Virus record (IMG/VR): IMGVR_UViG_3300030104_004476
Span: 2,409 to 66,408 of that record
Strand: one strand, 5' to 3'
Source of the DNA: a virus
DNA: 64,000 bases
The translations under genes were made by a program, and so were the position numbers. Positions 49,953 to 58,354 of this stretch are shown in pieces (positions within the stretch are counted from its first letter, which is position 1; every line of letters starts with the position of its first letter). The notes beneath the pieces were generated by a model. The model did not search any database. It was not told the DNA's origin and saw only the letters and a list, made by a program, of their open reading frames with translations.

Positions 49953-50348
49953 TTATATTTTGTTTGCTTCCCAAGGAAGTTCTTTGCTACCTTCTTGATG
50001 TTTCTTACCGGTATGTGGATCTATAATAAATCCATTAATTCTTTTCCAGCTTTCACCTTTATAGTAGACGTTGTTATCATCATAAGTTTCAACACCTAGC
50101 TTCATAGCTGTTATATGCTGCATCTCATGCCTCATAGCTTGATGTAGCATAGGATCTTCTGGATGCATTTTTTTGCTTATGTAAATAGATCCATCCATAT
50201 TGGCTTCGGCTAATATACCTTCACCTAAATCTTTTTTAAACACAGGTGTTCCAGGAATAACTTCGTTTTTAGTTCTAAACTTGAACTTACTTTCAACGTT
50301 ACCACTTTTTGCTTTTAATCCTTTTGATGAACCTAGTTTAAATGCCAT
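49953..50348 (-). CDS. Small zincin metallopeptidase
   Basis: HEMQH plus LPWE.EA-like third-ligand region. Confidence 0.7.
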   Translation of the reverse strand: MAFKLGSSKGLKAKSGNVESKFKFRTKNEVIPGTPVFKKDLGEGILAEANMDGSIYISKKMHPEDPMLHQAMRHEMQHITAMKLGVETYDDNNVYYKGESWKRINGFIIDPHTGKKHQEGSKELPWEANKI

Positions 50349-50349
50349 A

Positions 50350-50790
50350 TTATCTTTCTGGATCTTTAATCATATCATCAATAGCTTTATTGTAAACTTT
50401 ATCAGTATATGATTTGTTATTGTAGAATATGCTTCGGTCTGATGTCGGTAGGTCTTCCTCCCCGAGAAGAATACGATATATTCTACTTATTAACTGGCTG
50501 CACTTAAATGAAGTCTTATAAACGCTATACTTTATCGTAGTACGATTTCTATGTCGCCAAACTTCTATCCAGCCTTCTTTTCTAAGACGTTCCCACCTTT
50601 CTTTATCCCAAGAATAAGTGTATGTACCGTCTATAAATTCTTGTCTTGTAAAACGCTTCTTACAGTCTAAATAAACTAATAATTCTAAGTCAGCGTCTTT
50701 TAACCCGTAAGTCTTACAGGCCCACTTTCGTGTGAGCCTGTAGTACTTAAGGATCTGTAATTCACGAATATCGTGACTAGTTAATCTCAT
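50350..50790 (-). CDS. Winged-helix-like DNA-binding protein
   Basis: YGL..ADLELL.YL...RL.KEGWI pattern. Confidence 0.5.
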   Translation of the reverse strand: MRLTSHDIRELQILKYYRLTRKWACKTYGLKDADLELLVYLDCKKRFTRQEFIDGTYTYSWDKERWERLRKEGWIEVWRHRNRTTIKYSVYKTSFKCSQLISRIYRILLGEEDLPTSDRSIFYNNKSYTDKVYNKAIDDMIKDPER

Positions 50791-50796
50791 TTAAGA

Positions 50797-51213
50797 TTAG
50801 TCAGCAGTTTCAGAGTGCTCAATCACGTGTATACCAGATACACCAGTGATACCAACTCCAGTAACAGCATCAAAAACATCAATCATACCAGAGATATGAG
50901 GTTGTCCATAGATTTTGTTAACTAAATCTGTTAAAGCTGCTTTTTGAGTGTTAACAGTAGTAAGATCTAAAACAACAATGTCATTGTAATCTGCAGAAGC
51001 ATCATCAGCATCTCCAGCACCTCCTGCTTGTTTTGCTTTTGGTTTGAAGAACAGAGACAATCTATCATCGTCATCAGATACAGCCCCACCTAAAGCAGAA
51101 TCACCAGCACAAGCGCCCATGAAAGAAGAAGCAGGATATATTGTTGATCCTGAAACCTCATCGTGATCGTCTGTTAACGTAGCACTTTGTCTAAAGTATA
51201 AATACCTTTCCAT
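50797..51213 (-). CDS. Hypothetical acidic protein, probably highly expressed
   Basis: Own leader and promoter-like motif at 51310. Confidence 0.65.
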   Translation of the reverse strand: MERYLYFRQSATLTDDHDEVSGSTIYPASSFMGACAGDSALGGAVSDDDDRLSLFFKPKAKQAGGAGDADDASADYNDIVVLDLTTVNTQKAALTDLVNKIYGQPHISGMIDVFDAVTGVGITGVSGIHVIEHSETAD

Positions 51214-51335
51214 TTTTAAATAGTTTTTAATAATTAATAAATAATTTGTTTAAGATTTTATGTTTAAGGATTTTGGGTTAAGGTTTATGTTTAATCTACA
51301 TAAGTAGTTATTACATACTTTACTTGATAATAAAC

Positions 51336-51593
51336 CTATTCTACTAAAACTACATCGCGGCCTCTTATTACTTGGTACATTGTATCTTTCCACGTAATTC
51401 CATGTCCAGCGTGTTTATCATAGTGTACTACATCTCCATCTTTTAATCCTTGTACTAAATTACCTGTAGAAATGATAGTAGCCTTTATATACCTATTATC
51501 TTCGTCTAGGTTTTCTGTTAAGATTAAACCACCAATTTTCTTTGGTCCTATCTTTTCTTTTTCTACTACTATATAATCGTTAACTGCCTTCAT
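51336..51593 (-). CDS. groS: Co-chaperonin GroES
   Basis: K.VNDYIVV, mobile loop KIGGLIL, LKDGDVV; coupled to GroEL. Confidence 0.85.
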   Translation of the reverse strand: MKAVNDYIVVEKEKIGPKKIGGLILTENLDEDNRYIKATIISTGNLVQGLKDGDVVHYDKHAGHGITWKDTMYQVIRGRDVVLVE

Positions 51594-53145
51594 TTATTCT
51601 AATGTTTGAAATTACACAATCTGCAGAGATAATAGTTGAAACAACACTAACTGCATTTTTCAGGGCTGATTTAGTAACAAGTACAGGATCTACGATGCCT
51701 GATTGTATCATATCTACAAACTCTCCAGTGATAACATTCATTCCTTCACCTTCTTTCATATCTAAATTACACATTAATCCTGCATTGTCTAATATAGTGT
51801 TGTATGGAGCTTTTATAGCTTCAAGAAGTAATTCTTCACCGACGGAGTCGGAGGAAATTTTTTGAGAAGCATTAAGTAATACTACACCACCGCCAGGAAC
51901 AATACCTTCTTTTAATGCAGCTTTGGTAGCGTAAATAGCATCTTCTACTCTATCTCTTTTCTCTTTCAACTCTACCTTAGAGTCAGCACCTACGTTGATT
52001 ATACCCACAGAGCCTGATAACATAGCTAATCTCTGCTCAAGTTTCTTTTTCATGAAACCGTTTTTTTCATCAGCAATTTTTTTAGCAACTTCATCAATCC
52101 TTTCTCCTATCTTCTCATTTATTTCGTCAAGAGTTATCACTGTACTCTTGTCATCTGTAGTAGCAAACTCAGCTTCTCCTAAATAGTCAACACTAATAAG
52201 ATCTAAATCATCACCTAGCTCTTCATTTATAACGGTAGCGCCAGTTAATATAGCTAAGTCCTCAGTAGCATCTTTCTTAGTAGGACCGAAACCTGGTAAA
52301 TCAATAATATTAACTTTAATATTACCTTTAACTTTGTTCATCAGTAAAGCAGATTTAACTTGTTGCGCGACAGGTGCTACAATAAGTAAAGCTCTACCTT
52401 GTTTAATAACATATTCTAATATTGATTGTATTTTACGGATGTTAGGGATTTCAGAAGATACTATAAGAATTAAAGGATTTTCTAGCTCACATTTATGTTT
52501 CTCTGTGTTTGTAACGAAATGTGGAGAAGTTAATCCACAATCTACTTGAACACCATCTACTAGTTCAACATAAGTTTCTTCAGTTTCTGATGTTTCCATC
52601 AATACTACACCATCTTTACCTACTTTAGTATAGGCTTCTGCAATAATTTGTCCCAAAGTTTCATCATTATTACATGAAATCGATGAGACACTTTGAAGCA
52701 TATCTCCTTCTACGCTAACAGCTACTTTGTCTAAGTATTCATTAATTTTTTTAAGCCCAGAATTTATACCTGATTTTATTTCTCTGATAGATTCTCCACT
52801 ATATTTGGGATCATTAACTGTTTTTAACAAAGATTCAGCTAGCACAGTCGCTGTAGTAGTTCCATCACCTGCTTCTTTTACTGTATTTTGAGCAGCTTCT
52901 TTAATAAGTGTTGCTCCTAAGTTTTCAACAGGATCAAATAACACAACAGATTGTGCTACTGTAACTCCATCTTTTGTAATTACTGGATTTCCACGTGCGT
53001 CTTCGTAGATTACGCATTTCCCCGAGGCTCCGAGGGTTGATTTTACTGCTTTTGCTAGTTTTTCTACACCAGCAATTACTTTTTGTTTTGCAGAATCGCC
53101 AAAGTTTAGATCTTTGACAATTTCGCTTGGTAAATTGTATTCCAT
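51580..53145 (-). CDS. groL: Chaperonin GroEL
   Basis: ITKDGVTVA, AGDGTTTATVLA, EGIVPGGG; no GGM tail. Confidence 0.95.
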   Translation of the reverse strand: MEYNLPSEIVKDLNFGDSAKQKVIAGVEKLAKAVKSTLGASGKCVIYEDARGNPVITKDGVTVAQSVVLFDPVENLGATLIKEAAQNTVKEAGDGTTTATVLAESLLKTVNDPKYSGESIREIKSGINSGLKKINEYLDKVAVSVEGDMLQSVSSISCNNDETLGQIIAEAYTKVGKDGVVLMETSETEETYVELVDGVQVDCGLTSPHFVTNTEKHKCELENPLILIVSSEIPNIRKIQSILEYVIKQGRALLIVAPVAQQVKSALLMNKVKGNIKVNIIDLPGFGPTKKDATEDLAILTGATVINEELGDDLDLISVDYLGEAEFATTDDKSTVITLDEINEKIGERIDEVAKKIADEKNGFMKKKLEQRLAMLSGSVGIINVGADSKVELKEKRDRVEDAIYATKAALKEGIVPGGGVVLLNASQKISSDSVGEELLLEAIKAPYNTILDNAGLMCNLDMKEGEGMNVITGEFVDMIQSGIVDPVLVTKSALKNAVSVVSTIISADCVISNIRINEGS

Positions 53146-53168
53146 TTTTAATTAAATTTAATTAGATT

Positions 53169-53279
53169 TTATTTAAATACTTGTATTATTCCAGCTATAG
53201 CTATATAATATAGAAATGCCGTAAATAATAAACCGATCCAGCCAATAATGGCTGAACCGATTAATTTTAATTTATTCAT
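53169..53279 (-). CDS. Small TM peptide (36 aa), not in ORF track
   Basis: MNKLKLIGSAIIGWIGLLFTAFLYYIAIAGIIQVFK; start overlaps upstream gene end. Confidence 0.55.
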   Translation of the reverse strand: MNKLKLIGSAIIGWIGLLFTAFLYYIAIAGIIQVFK

Positions 53280-53571
53280 CATCGAATGTTTTGACAACTT
53301 TTGGTCCTTTCGTAGCTTCTAACTTCTTTGTAAAGTGTTCTACAGACCCGTCAATTGCAGATTCTGCTCCTGAAAGCGTCTCTCTACGTGTAACATCGTG
53401 CCAAGTATTAGTTTCTGGGTTTGAGGCCTCAGTTTGATAGTAACCATTTGGTAATTGAGTTATCCTCCAGTTTGACTTTTTGGATAAATGCTCCCATTGC
53501 TTTTTGGTTTTCTCATTCACTTTCATTTCGCCACCAGTTGTTGTAGTGGTCTGGTAATATAGGTACGTCAT
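53272..53571 (-). CDS. Hypothetical protein
   Basis: ORF with AATTATTATG leader. Confidence 0.7.
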   Translation of the reverse strand: MTYLYYQTTTTTGGEMKVNEKTKKQWEHLSKKSNWRITQLPNGYYQTEASNPETNTWHDVTRRETLSGAESAIDGSVEHFTKKLEATKGPKVVKTFDDE

Positions 53572-53618
53572 AATAATTTGGTTTTAGGTTAATAACGTGG
53601 GTATCGGTGTTTCCGATA

Positions 53619-53879
53619 TTATTTTTTCTTCTTCATCTTCATCTTCATAGCTGAAGCTTTTTTCATCTCCATAGCGGATTTTTTAAGCATCATAGCAGAT
53701 TCTTTTTTAAGCTTCATTGCAGATTTTTTCATCTTCATTGCTCCTGCTTCTTTTTTAGCTATTTCTTTAACTAAATTAGCTGGTAAGTTTGCTTTTTGTT
53801 TAGCTGTAACTTTCATAGCTGATTTTTTAGCAATTTTCATAGGGGCTTTTTTAGCCATTTTCATTGGTGCCTTTTTCAT
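53619..53879 (-). CDS. Lys/Met/Ala-rich repetitive basic protein
   Basis: KKAPMK / KKSAMK repeats. Confidence 0.7.
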   Translation of the reverse strand: MKKAPMKMAKKAPMKIAKKSAMKVTAKQKANLPANLVKEIAKKEAGAMKMKKSAMKLKKESAMMLKKSAMEMKKASAMKMKMKKKK

Positions 53880-53880
53880 T

Positions 53881-54423
53881 TTAAATTTTGTTTTTTATAT
53901 GTTTAAACATTTCTTTACCTAACTTCTCGCCTATTTTACCGTCTGACTTATAGTGGGCGCGAGCAACTCTTCTACTATAAGATATATTTTCTGCTGCCTT
54001 TTTAAAAGCTTTTGATGCTTTTGGATATTTGTCAGCTAAAACATTACCTATCAACACTGCCTGTGTTGAGTGACCTGAAGGATATGATGGTGTTTTCATA
54101 GATTCCATCTCGTAGTCCTTCATAGTTATCTTTAGCTTTTTAGCAGATACCTTAGGTCTAGGTCTATTAAAATGTTTTTTCAATTTTATTATTACCGGTG
54201 CAGAGTCTTTTATTAAATCTTCTACTAGTTTTTTGTCGTAGTTTTTAATATTATTTTCTTTAGCAACTTTCTTAAACACAGCGCTAATATTGTCAAACTT
54301 TTTTACAAAGCTTTTGTTCAAAGGTATTTTATTAAGCTCTTTAACTTCTTGCATTGTTTCAAAAGAGTTATCGCCGGGCGGCTTCATCTTTTTAAACTTA
54401 GATATGTCAAAATCTTTAAACAT
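53881..54423 (-). CDS. PAP2 / haloperoxidase-superfamily phosphatase
   Basis: K..FNRPRP, PSYPSGHS, SR....HY.SD motifs. Confidence 0.85.
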   Translation of the reverse strand: MFKDFDISKFKKMKPPGDNSFETMQEVKELNKIPLNKSFVKKFDNISAVFKKVAKENNIKNYDKKLVEDLIKDSAPVIIKLKKHFNRPRPKVSAKKLKITMKDYEMESMKTPSYPSGHSTQAVLIGNVLADKYPKASKAFKKAAENISYSRRVARAHYKSDGKIGEKLGKEMFKHIKNKI

Positions 54424-54698
54424 TATGCTTCACCACATTTTTTACTAGGATTACTAACTTGCACCCAGTTTTCTTTTTGAAACCAATCGCGAAGTGTAGC
54501 GCCTTTTTTACGAACATTTTTAACAAATGATTTACTAGATCTTTTATATTTACCTTTACTAGCTGCAGATCTTTTAGCACGAATAACCTTTTCACGTTCT
54601 TCTTTTGACATGCTCAATACCTTGTCTTTAGGTAGGCATACTTTTTTAGTACCACCACCTTTTACTTTTTTAAACGGATTATCCTTTTGTTTGTACAT
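54423..54698 (-). CDS. Small basic protein
   Basis: CLPK and LRDWFQKENWV motifs. Confidence 0.7.
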   Translation of the reverse strand: MYKQKDNPFKKVKGGGTKKVCLPKDKVLSMSKEEREKVIRAKRSAASKGKYKRSSKSFVKNVRKKGATLRDWFQKENWVQVSNPSKKCGEA

Positions 54699-55146
54699 GT
54701 TGTGCTTTTAATTGTTTCTTTGCCAATCTAGCAAGTCTTGCTTGTTCCATTTTACCCATAACCTTAGCTCTCTGTTCTAATACTGTTAGTATTTGTATTT
54801 TACGAGCGTAAGGTTTATTTATTCTTTTTACTTTAGCTATTGTTTTTCTAGCATCAGCTACTGTAGCAAACTTAATACTTACTGTATCTTTTGGATTTTC
54901 GTCAGTATATAGTCTTCTACCGCTACCTTTTGGCTTTTTACCAGTTCCAACTTTAGGATCTGATTTCTTTTTGTTAGGTGTAGGCCTGTTAGTTTGCATG
55001 TTTATAAACCAATTACATAGTTGTTTGTCTCTTGGCGTAGCATTAGGCCTATTTTTAAGCTTTTTGCACTTTTCTATAGTAACGTCACCGCCATATATTT
55101 TAGCGATACGCGCTTTTAACACACCTCTATACGCTTTTTGTGCCAT
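54679..55146 (-). CDS. Small basic protein
   Basis: GSGRRLYTDENPKDTV.IKF...QILTVLEQRAK. Confidence 0.7.
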   Translation of the reverse strand: MAQKAYRGVLKARIAKIYGGDVTIEKCKKLKNRPNATPRDKQLCNWFINMQTNRPTPNKKKSDPKVGTGKKPKGSGRRLYTDENPKDTVSIKFATVADARKTIAKVKRINKPYARKIQILTVLEQRAKVMGKMEQARLARLAKKQLKAQHVQTKG

Positions 55147-55502
55147 TATTTCTTTTTACCTAATCTTTTACGTACAATATCCATAGTTTTACGCATTTTA
55201 GCTGCATACTTAGGATCTTTATTACGCCTAAACACAACTTGTTGGTTCAAACTACTTATAATTTTAGATAAATTACCTTTTCTTGACTTAATTAGCCAAG
55301 AAGCTAGTCCCGATGCTGATAAATCTCTAAACTTACCTTTGGCATCAGGTGCGTCAGACTCTTTAAACTCACCCATACGCTTATTCATAGGTGAATTTAT
55401 AGCACTTTGCAACTTGTCAGCTTGTTTAGCATGTGTTTTACTAGCTTTTTTAAGCTCTGTAATAACCTGCTTTATCTTATTGTTATTTAACTTAAATGCC
55501 AT
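55146..55502 (-). CDS. Small basic protein
   Basis: MAFKL start; ELKKAS..HA.QADK module shared with 55502. Confidence 0.7.
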   Translation of the reverse strand: MAFKLNNNKIKQVITELKKASKTHAKQADKLQSAINSPMNKRMGEFKESDAPDAKGKFRDLSASGLASWLIKSRKGNLSKIISSLNQQVVFRRNKDPKYAAKMRKTMDIVRKRLGKKK

Positions 55503-55753
55503 TACTTCTTTTTGCCTCCTCCAAACTTACTTGGACCACCTGCTCTAGTACATCTTACGCCCCAACCTGACGCATAAGCACTAGGCCAAACTTTAAATTT
55601 ACGTTTTGCAGCAGCTTTACAAGCGGCAGATATTTTTTTAAGAGGACTAGAAGTAGACTCTAGCATTGCTTCTATTTTATCTGCTTGACCAGCATGTAAA
55701 TTACTAGCTTTCTTAAGCTCTTTTGATATTTTTTTTAGTTTCTTTTTGCTCAT
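55502..55753 (-). CDS. Small basic protein
   Basis: ELKKAS..HA.QADK module plus WPSAYASG motif. Confidence 0.7.
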   Translation of the reverse strand: MSKKKLKKISKELKKASNLHAGQADKIEAMLESTSSPLKKISAACKAAAKRKFKVWPSAYASGWGVRCTRAGGPSKFGGGKKK

Positions 55754-55758
55754 AACAC

Positions 55759-56133
55759 CTAATATTTACCTCTAACTCCTTTTGGGTTAGATTTAGTTGA
55801 ACCACCTTTTCCAGCCCATAAATTTTTACATGCCCAATAGCTAGCTGTTAGTTTACTTTTCTTTTGATCACATTTATGTCTAGCTCTAAAACTTTTTCTA
55901 GCTGCAGCAGAATAATTATGACCATATCCTGTAGCTCCAAAGTGTATTATCTTTTCTTGGCCATCCTCACAAGCTTTAACAACCTTTTTCTTTTCAGGTT
56001 TTGGAGATCTACGAGGCTTATTACAAGCCATCTTACTCTTGTCAAGTTTTTTAAATCCACTACCTATACCACTAGCTCTACGTCTACCACAGCTGGTAAC
56101 TGGAAATGGATGATTTTTTTGAGTATATGCCAT
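55759..56133 (-). CDS. Small basic protein
   Basis: KIIHFGA.GY...RKSFRARHKC...YWAC..LW. Confidence 0.7.
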   Translation of the reverse strand: MAYTQKNHPFPVTSCGRRRASGIGSGFKKLDKSKMACNKPRRSPKPEKKKVVKACEDGQEKIIHFGATGYGHNYSAAARKSFRARHKCDQKKSKLTASYWACKNLWAGKGGSTKSNPKGVRGKY

Positions 56134-56375
56134 TATCCTTCTTTTTTAGTTCCTTTACCAAAATTGCCTCTATTGTTTTTTACAGAAACTAGAACTAGTT
56201 TTCCATTTTTATCATGATGTATATCTTTATTACGAAGATTAAACCCACTTTTCTTAAGTCTTCTACGTTCCACTTGATTCTCCGCTTTTTTTTGTTTACG
56301 AGCGGTAGTCATAGCGAAAACTGTATCTCTCTTCTTCTTAGCAGCTGCTGCTTTTGGTGATAGTTTCTGTGCCAT
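56133..56375 (-). CDS. Small basic HNH-like protein, first gene of late arm
   Basis: KDIHH.KNG......NNRG. Confidence 0.55.
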   Translation of the reverse strand: MAQKLSPKAAAAKKKRDTVFAMTTARKQKKAENQVERRRLKKSGFNLRNKDIHHDKNGKLVLVSVKNNRGNFGKGTKKEG

Positions 56376-56384
56376 ACTCTTATT

Positions 56385-56409
56385 ATTACTTGTTAGGTGA
56401 ATATCTTAA
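56385..56409 (-). promoter_or_regulatory. Degenerate class-2 promoter-like motif heading the late arm
   Basis: TTAAG-N14-AGTAATAATA, 10 bp before ATG. Confidence 0.45.
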
Positions 56410-56413
56410 AAGT

Positions 56414-56458
56414 ATGACAATAGCTTGTTACTAATACTTCTTAATAGGCTTATGTCAC
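56414..56458. promoter_or_regulatory. Palindromic element, copy C
   Basis: ATGACAatAGCTTGTTA...TAATAGGCTtaTGTCAC. Confidence 0.7.
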
Positions 56459-56609
56459 TAAAATTATATTGTAAATGTATATAGTTTGTATAGCCCCCAC
56501 CTATCTGATACCCAACGTGTTACGTAAAATCGTTTTATATAACGCCACGGGCCCCCTTTTATATATATTTGTATAGAATTTTTTACCTTTTTGTTTTATA
56601 TTATATATA

Positions 56610-56641
56610 TACAAACTAACTACGAAACGTTTTGGATAATA
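56610..56641 (+). promoter_or_regulatory. Early promoter-like motif 1
   Basis: TACAAA-ctaac-TACGA-aacgtttt-GGATAATA. Confidence 0.8.
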
Positions 56642-56671
56642 TCTATGTAAATAATCTAATAAATAAACATT

Positions 56672-56884
56672 ATGCAATTAACTAAAAAAAGATTTGTAAT
56701 TAGCAAATCACTAATCGGAAAAAATGTAGTAATTACTTTCACTACTAAAAAAGGTACATTCACTTATAATCATGACGATGTGTATTCTATTAATCAAGAA
56801 AAACTAGAGTCGATGGAGTGCTTCCAGAAATATGGTAACTATACTAATAGTAATAACTTACCTACTTGGGCTCGACTTTCATAA
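56672..56884 (+). CDS. First early gene, hypothetical
   Basis: Directly downstream of motif 1. Confidence 0.75.
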   Translation: MQLTKKRFVISKSLIGKNVVITFTTKKGTFTYNHDDVYSINQEKLESMECFQKYGNYTNSNNLPTWARLS

Positions 56885-56934
56885 GTAATACTGATGAGAC
56901 TTCAATAGTCGAAACTACCTCGGTAGTCTATTAC
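56885..56934 (+). ncRNA. Hammerhead ribozyme, type I
   Basis: Stem I GTAATA/TATTAC, CTGATGA, stem II GACT/AGTC, GAAA, stem III (A)CTAC/GTAG(T), GTC cleavage triplet. Confidence 0.92.
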
Positions 56935-56940
56935 AAAACA

Positions 56941-56987
56941 GTGACAAGAGCCTATTACTATCTCTTTACTTAGTAGCCTTATGTCAC
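56941..56987. promoter_or_regulatory. Palindromic element, copy D
   Basis: GTGACAagAGCCTATTACTA...TAGTAGCCTtaTGTCAC. Confidence 0.7.
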
Positions 56988-57007
56988 ACTATTAAAAGAA
57001 TTAAATT

Positions 57008-57112
57008 ATGTTTGCACTAGAATTATTAACTCAACTTATTATTTTCACTACTATTTTTTATTTAATAGAAAAATATGTTATAAAGAAAGACAAGTCGCGC
57101 AGTAACTCCTAA
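57008..57112 (+). CDS. Small TM peptide (34 aa), not in ORF track
   Basis: MFALELLTQLIIFTTIFYLIEKYVIKKDKSRSNS with AAATTATG leader. Confidence 0.45.
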   Translation: MFALELLTQLIIFTTIFYLIEKYVIKKDKSRSNS

Positions 57113-57150
57113 CAATTATTATTCACTAAACGATTTACCTACTTTTAACT

Positions 57151-57182
57151 TACAAACTAAATACGACTTAAACTGGATAATA
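57151..57182 (+). promoter_or_regulatory. Early promoter-like motif 2
   Basis: TACAAA-ctaaa-TACGA-cttaaact-GGATAATA. Confidence 0.8.
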
Positions 57183-57196
57183 TAATAAACTTAAAT

Positions 57197-57424
57197 ATGA
57201 ATAAATTAACTAAAAATCAACTTAACATTATTACCTTAAATAATAAAACTTACATACCTTTCAAACTACATCAATTACCTTCATACTTCAATGAAATACC
57301 GATGTCTGAAACGTTCAACTTAAAAGGTTATACTTATGTTAACTTGACTGAATTAAAATCATTCAACAAAGATATTACTACACTTAATAGTAAACTCGAT
57401 GGTCAATACTCATCATCAAAATAA
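57197..57424 (+). CDS. Early hypothetical protein
   Basis: Follows motif 2. Confidence 0.7.
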   Translation: MNKLTKNQLNIITLNNKTYIPFKLHQLPSYFNEIPMSETFNLKGYTYVNLTELKSFNKDITTLNSKLDGQYSSSK

Positions 57425-57456
57425 TACAAAACAAATACGATTACTATTGGATAATA
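57425..57456 (+). promoter_or_regulatory. Early promoter-like motif 3
   Basis: TACAAA-acaaa-TACGA-ttactatt-GGATAATA. Confidence 0.8.
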
Positions 57457-57536
57457 TAATTGTAATAAATAAAGCCCAGTTAGTTCAGTATTTCCTGGTA
57501 AATCAAAGATGAATACTAAAAATTAAATAAATTATT

Positions 57537-57737
57537 ATGACTAAATTAAACAACTTAAAGTACCATCACAACTATGCAAAGCAGTACGGCGACACAGATA
57601 TTCAGGTGTCTTACTTAAATAAAATTACTGACTATTTTGCTCAAGAATTATACGGTGAGTTTGGCTACGATACTTGTAGTAATGATGAGAAGTTTATTGT
57701 AATGAGCGAAACTATTAAACTATTACAAAATGACTAA
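57537..57737 (+). CDS. Early hypothetical protein
   Basis: A.ELYGEFGYDTC motif; A-rich leader. Confidence 0.7.
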   Translation: MTKLNNLKYHHNYAKQYGDTDIQVSYLNKITDYFAQELYGEFGYDTCSNDEKFIVMSETIKLLQND

Positions 57738-57888
57738 GCAAGAAATACAAGATAAGTTAAAAGACTTACGTCAACAACAGCAAGCTTCTGCTAACGAAAG
57801 AGTGTTTAAAATAGGTGCTTCAATAGTTAACGCTAAAGTTACTAAGTTAATTGAAAAATACGAAAATAAATTAAATAAATTAAAGTAA
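57730..57888 (+). CDS. Small coiled-coil early protein (52 aa), not in ORF track
   Basis: MTKQEIQDKLKDLRQQQQ...; overlaps upstream stop; followed by further coupled mini-ORFs at 57890 and 57996. Confidence 0.55.
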   Translation: MTKQEIQDKLKDLRQQQQASANERVFKIGASIVNAKVTKLIEKYENKLNKLK

Positions 57889-58074
57889 TATGAAGTTTAC
57901 TTGGCATCAATATGGAATAAGTGTTACTATTAACGAACAAGACGAAGTAACATTGAAAAAACTAGAAGAAGAAGAATTAGATAAATATCACTAATATGAC
58001 ACCAGTAGATTTAACAGTATACCTTATATTTTGGTACTTTGGAGTTGCTCTTTATAGAAAATGCAAAAAGTAAA

Positions 58075-58106
58075 TACAAATTAAATACGATTACTTTTGG
58101 ATAATA
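58075..58106 (+). promoter_or_regulatory. Early promoter-like motif 4
   Basis: TACAAA-ttaaa-TACGA-ttactttt-GGATAATA. Confidence 0.8.
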
Positions 58107-58129
58107 TATATGACAAAAGCTTATTAAAT

Positions 58130-58345
58130 ATGAATAATTATTGTAGATGTGGTGAGCCCGTACACCCAGTTAGAATTAAATACGGGTATAAAACTTGCGT
58201 ACAATGTAGTGGTATCGAGCGTGTTGCTTGTGCTCCACTAACTAATCACAAGACAGGCAATACAATACAAATAGTGTCGCAAGCACAATCAGCTGCGCTA
58301 ATAAAAGCAGGTAGTCGTAAAGGTTACGGTACTTGTCTTAAATAA
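58130..58345 (+). CDS. C4 zinc-finger protein (DksA/TraR-finger-like)
   Basis: CRCGEPV..VR....KTCVQC; start moved downstream of promoter motif. Confidence 0.65.
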   Translation: MNNYCRCGEPVHPVRIKYGYKTCVQCSGIERVACAPLTNHKTGNTIQIVSQAQSAALIKAGSRKGYGTCLK

Positions 58346-58354
58346 TTAAATAAC

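Noticed and set aside
51245-51298. TTAAACATAAA-type short repeats upstream of 51213
   Set aside because: Low-complexity A-rich leader typical of Bacteroidota translation starts; no further structure
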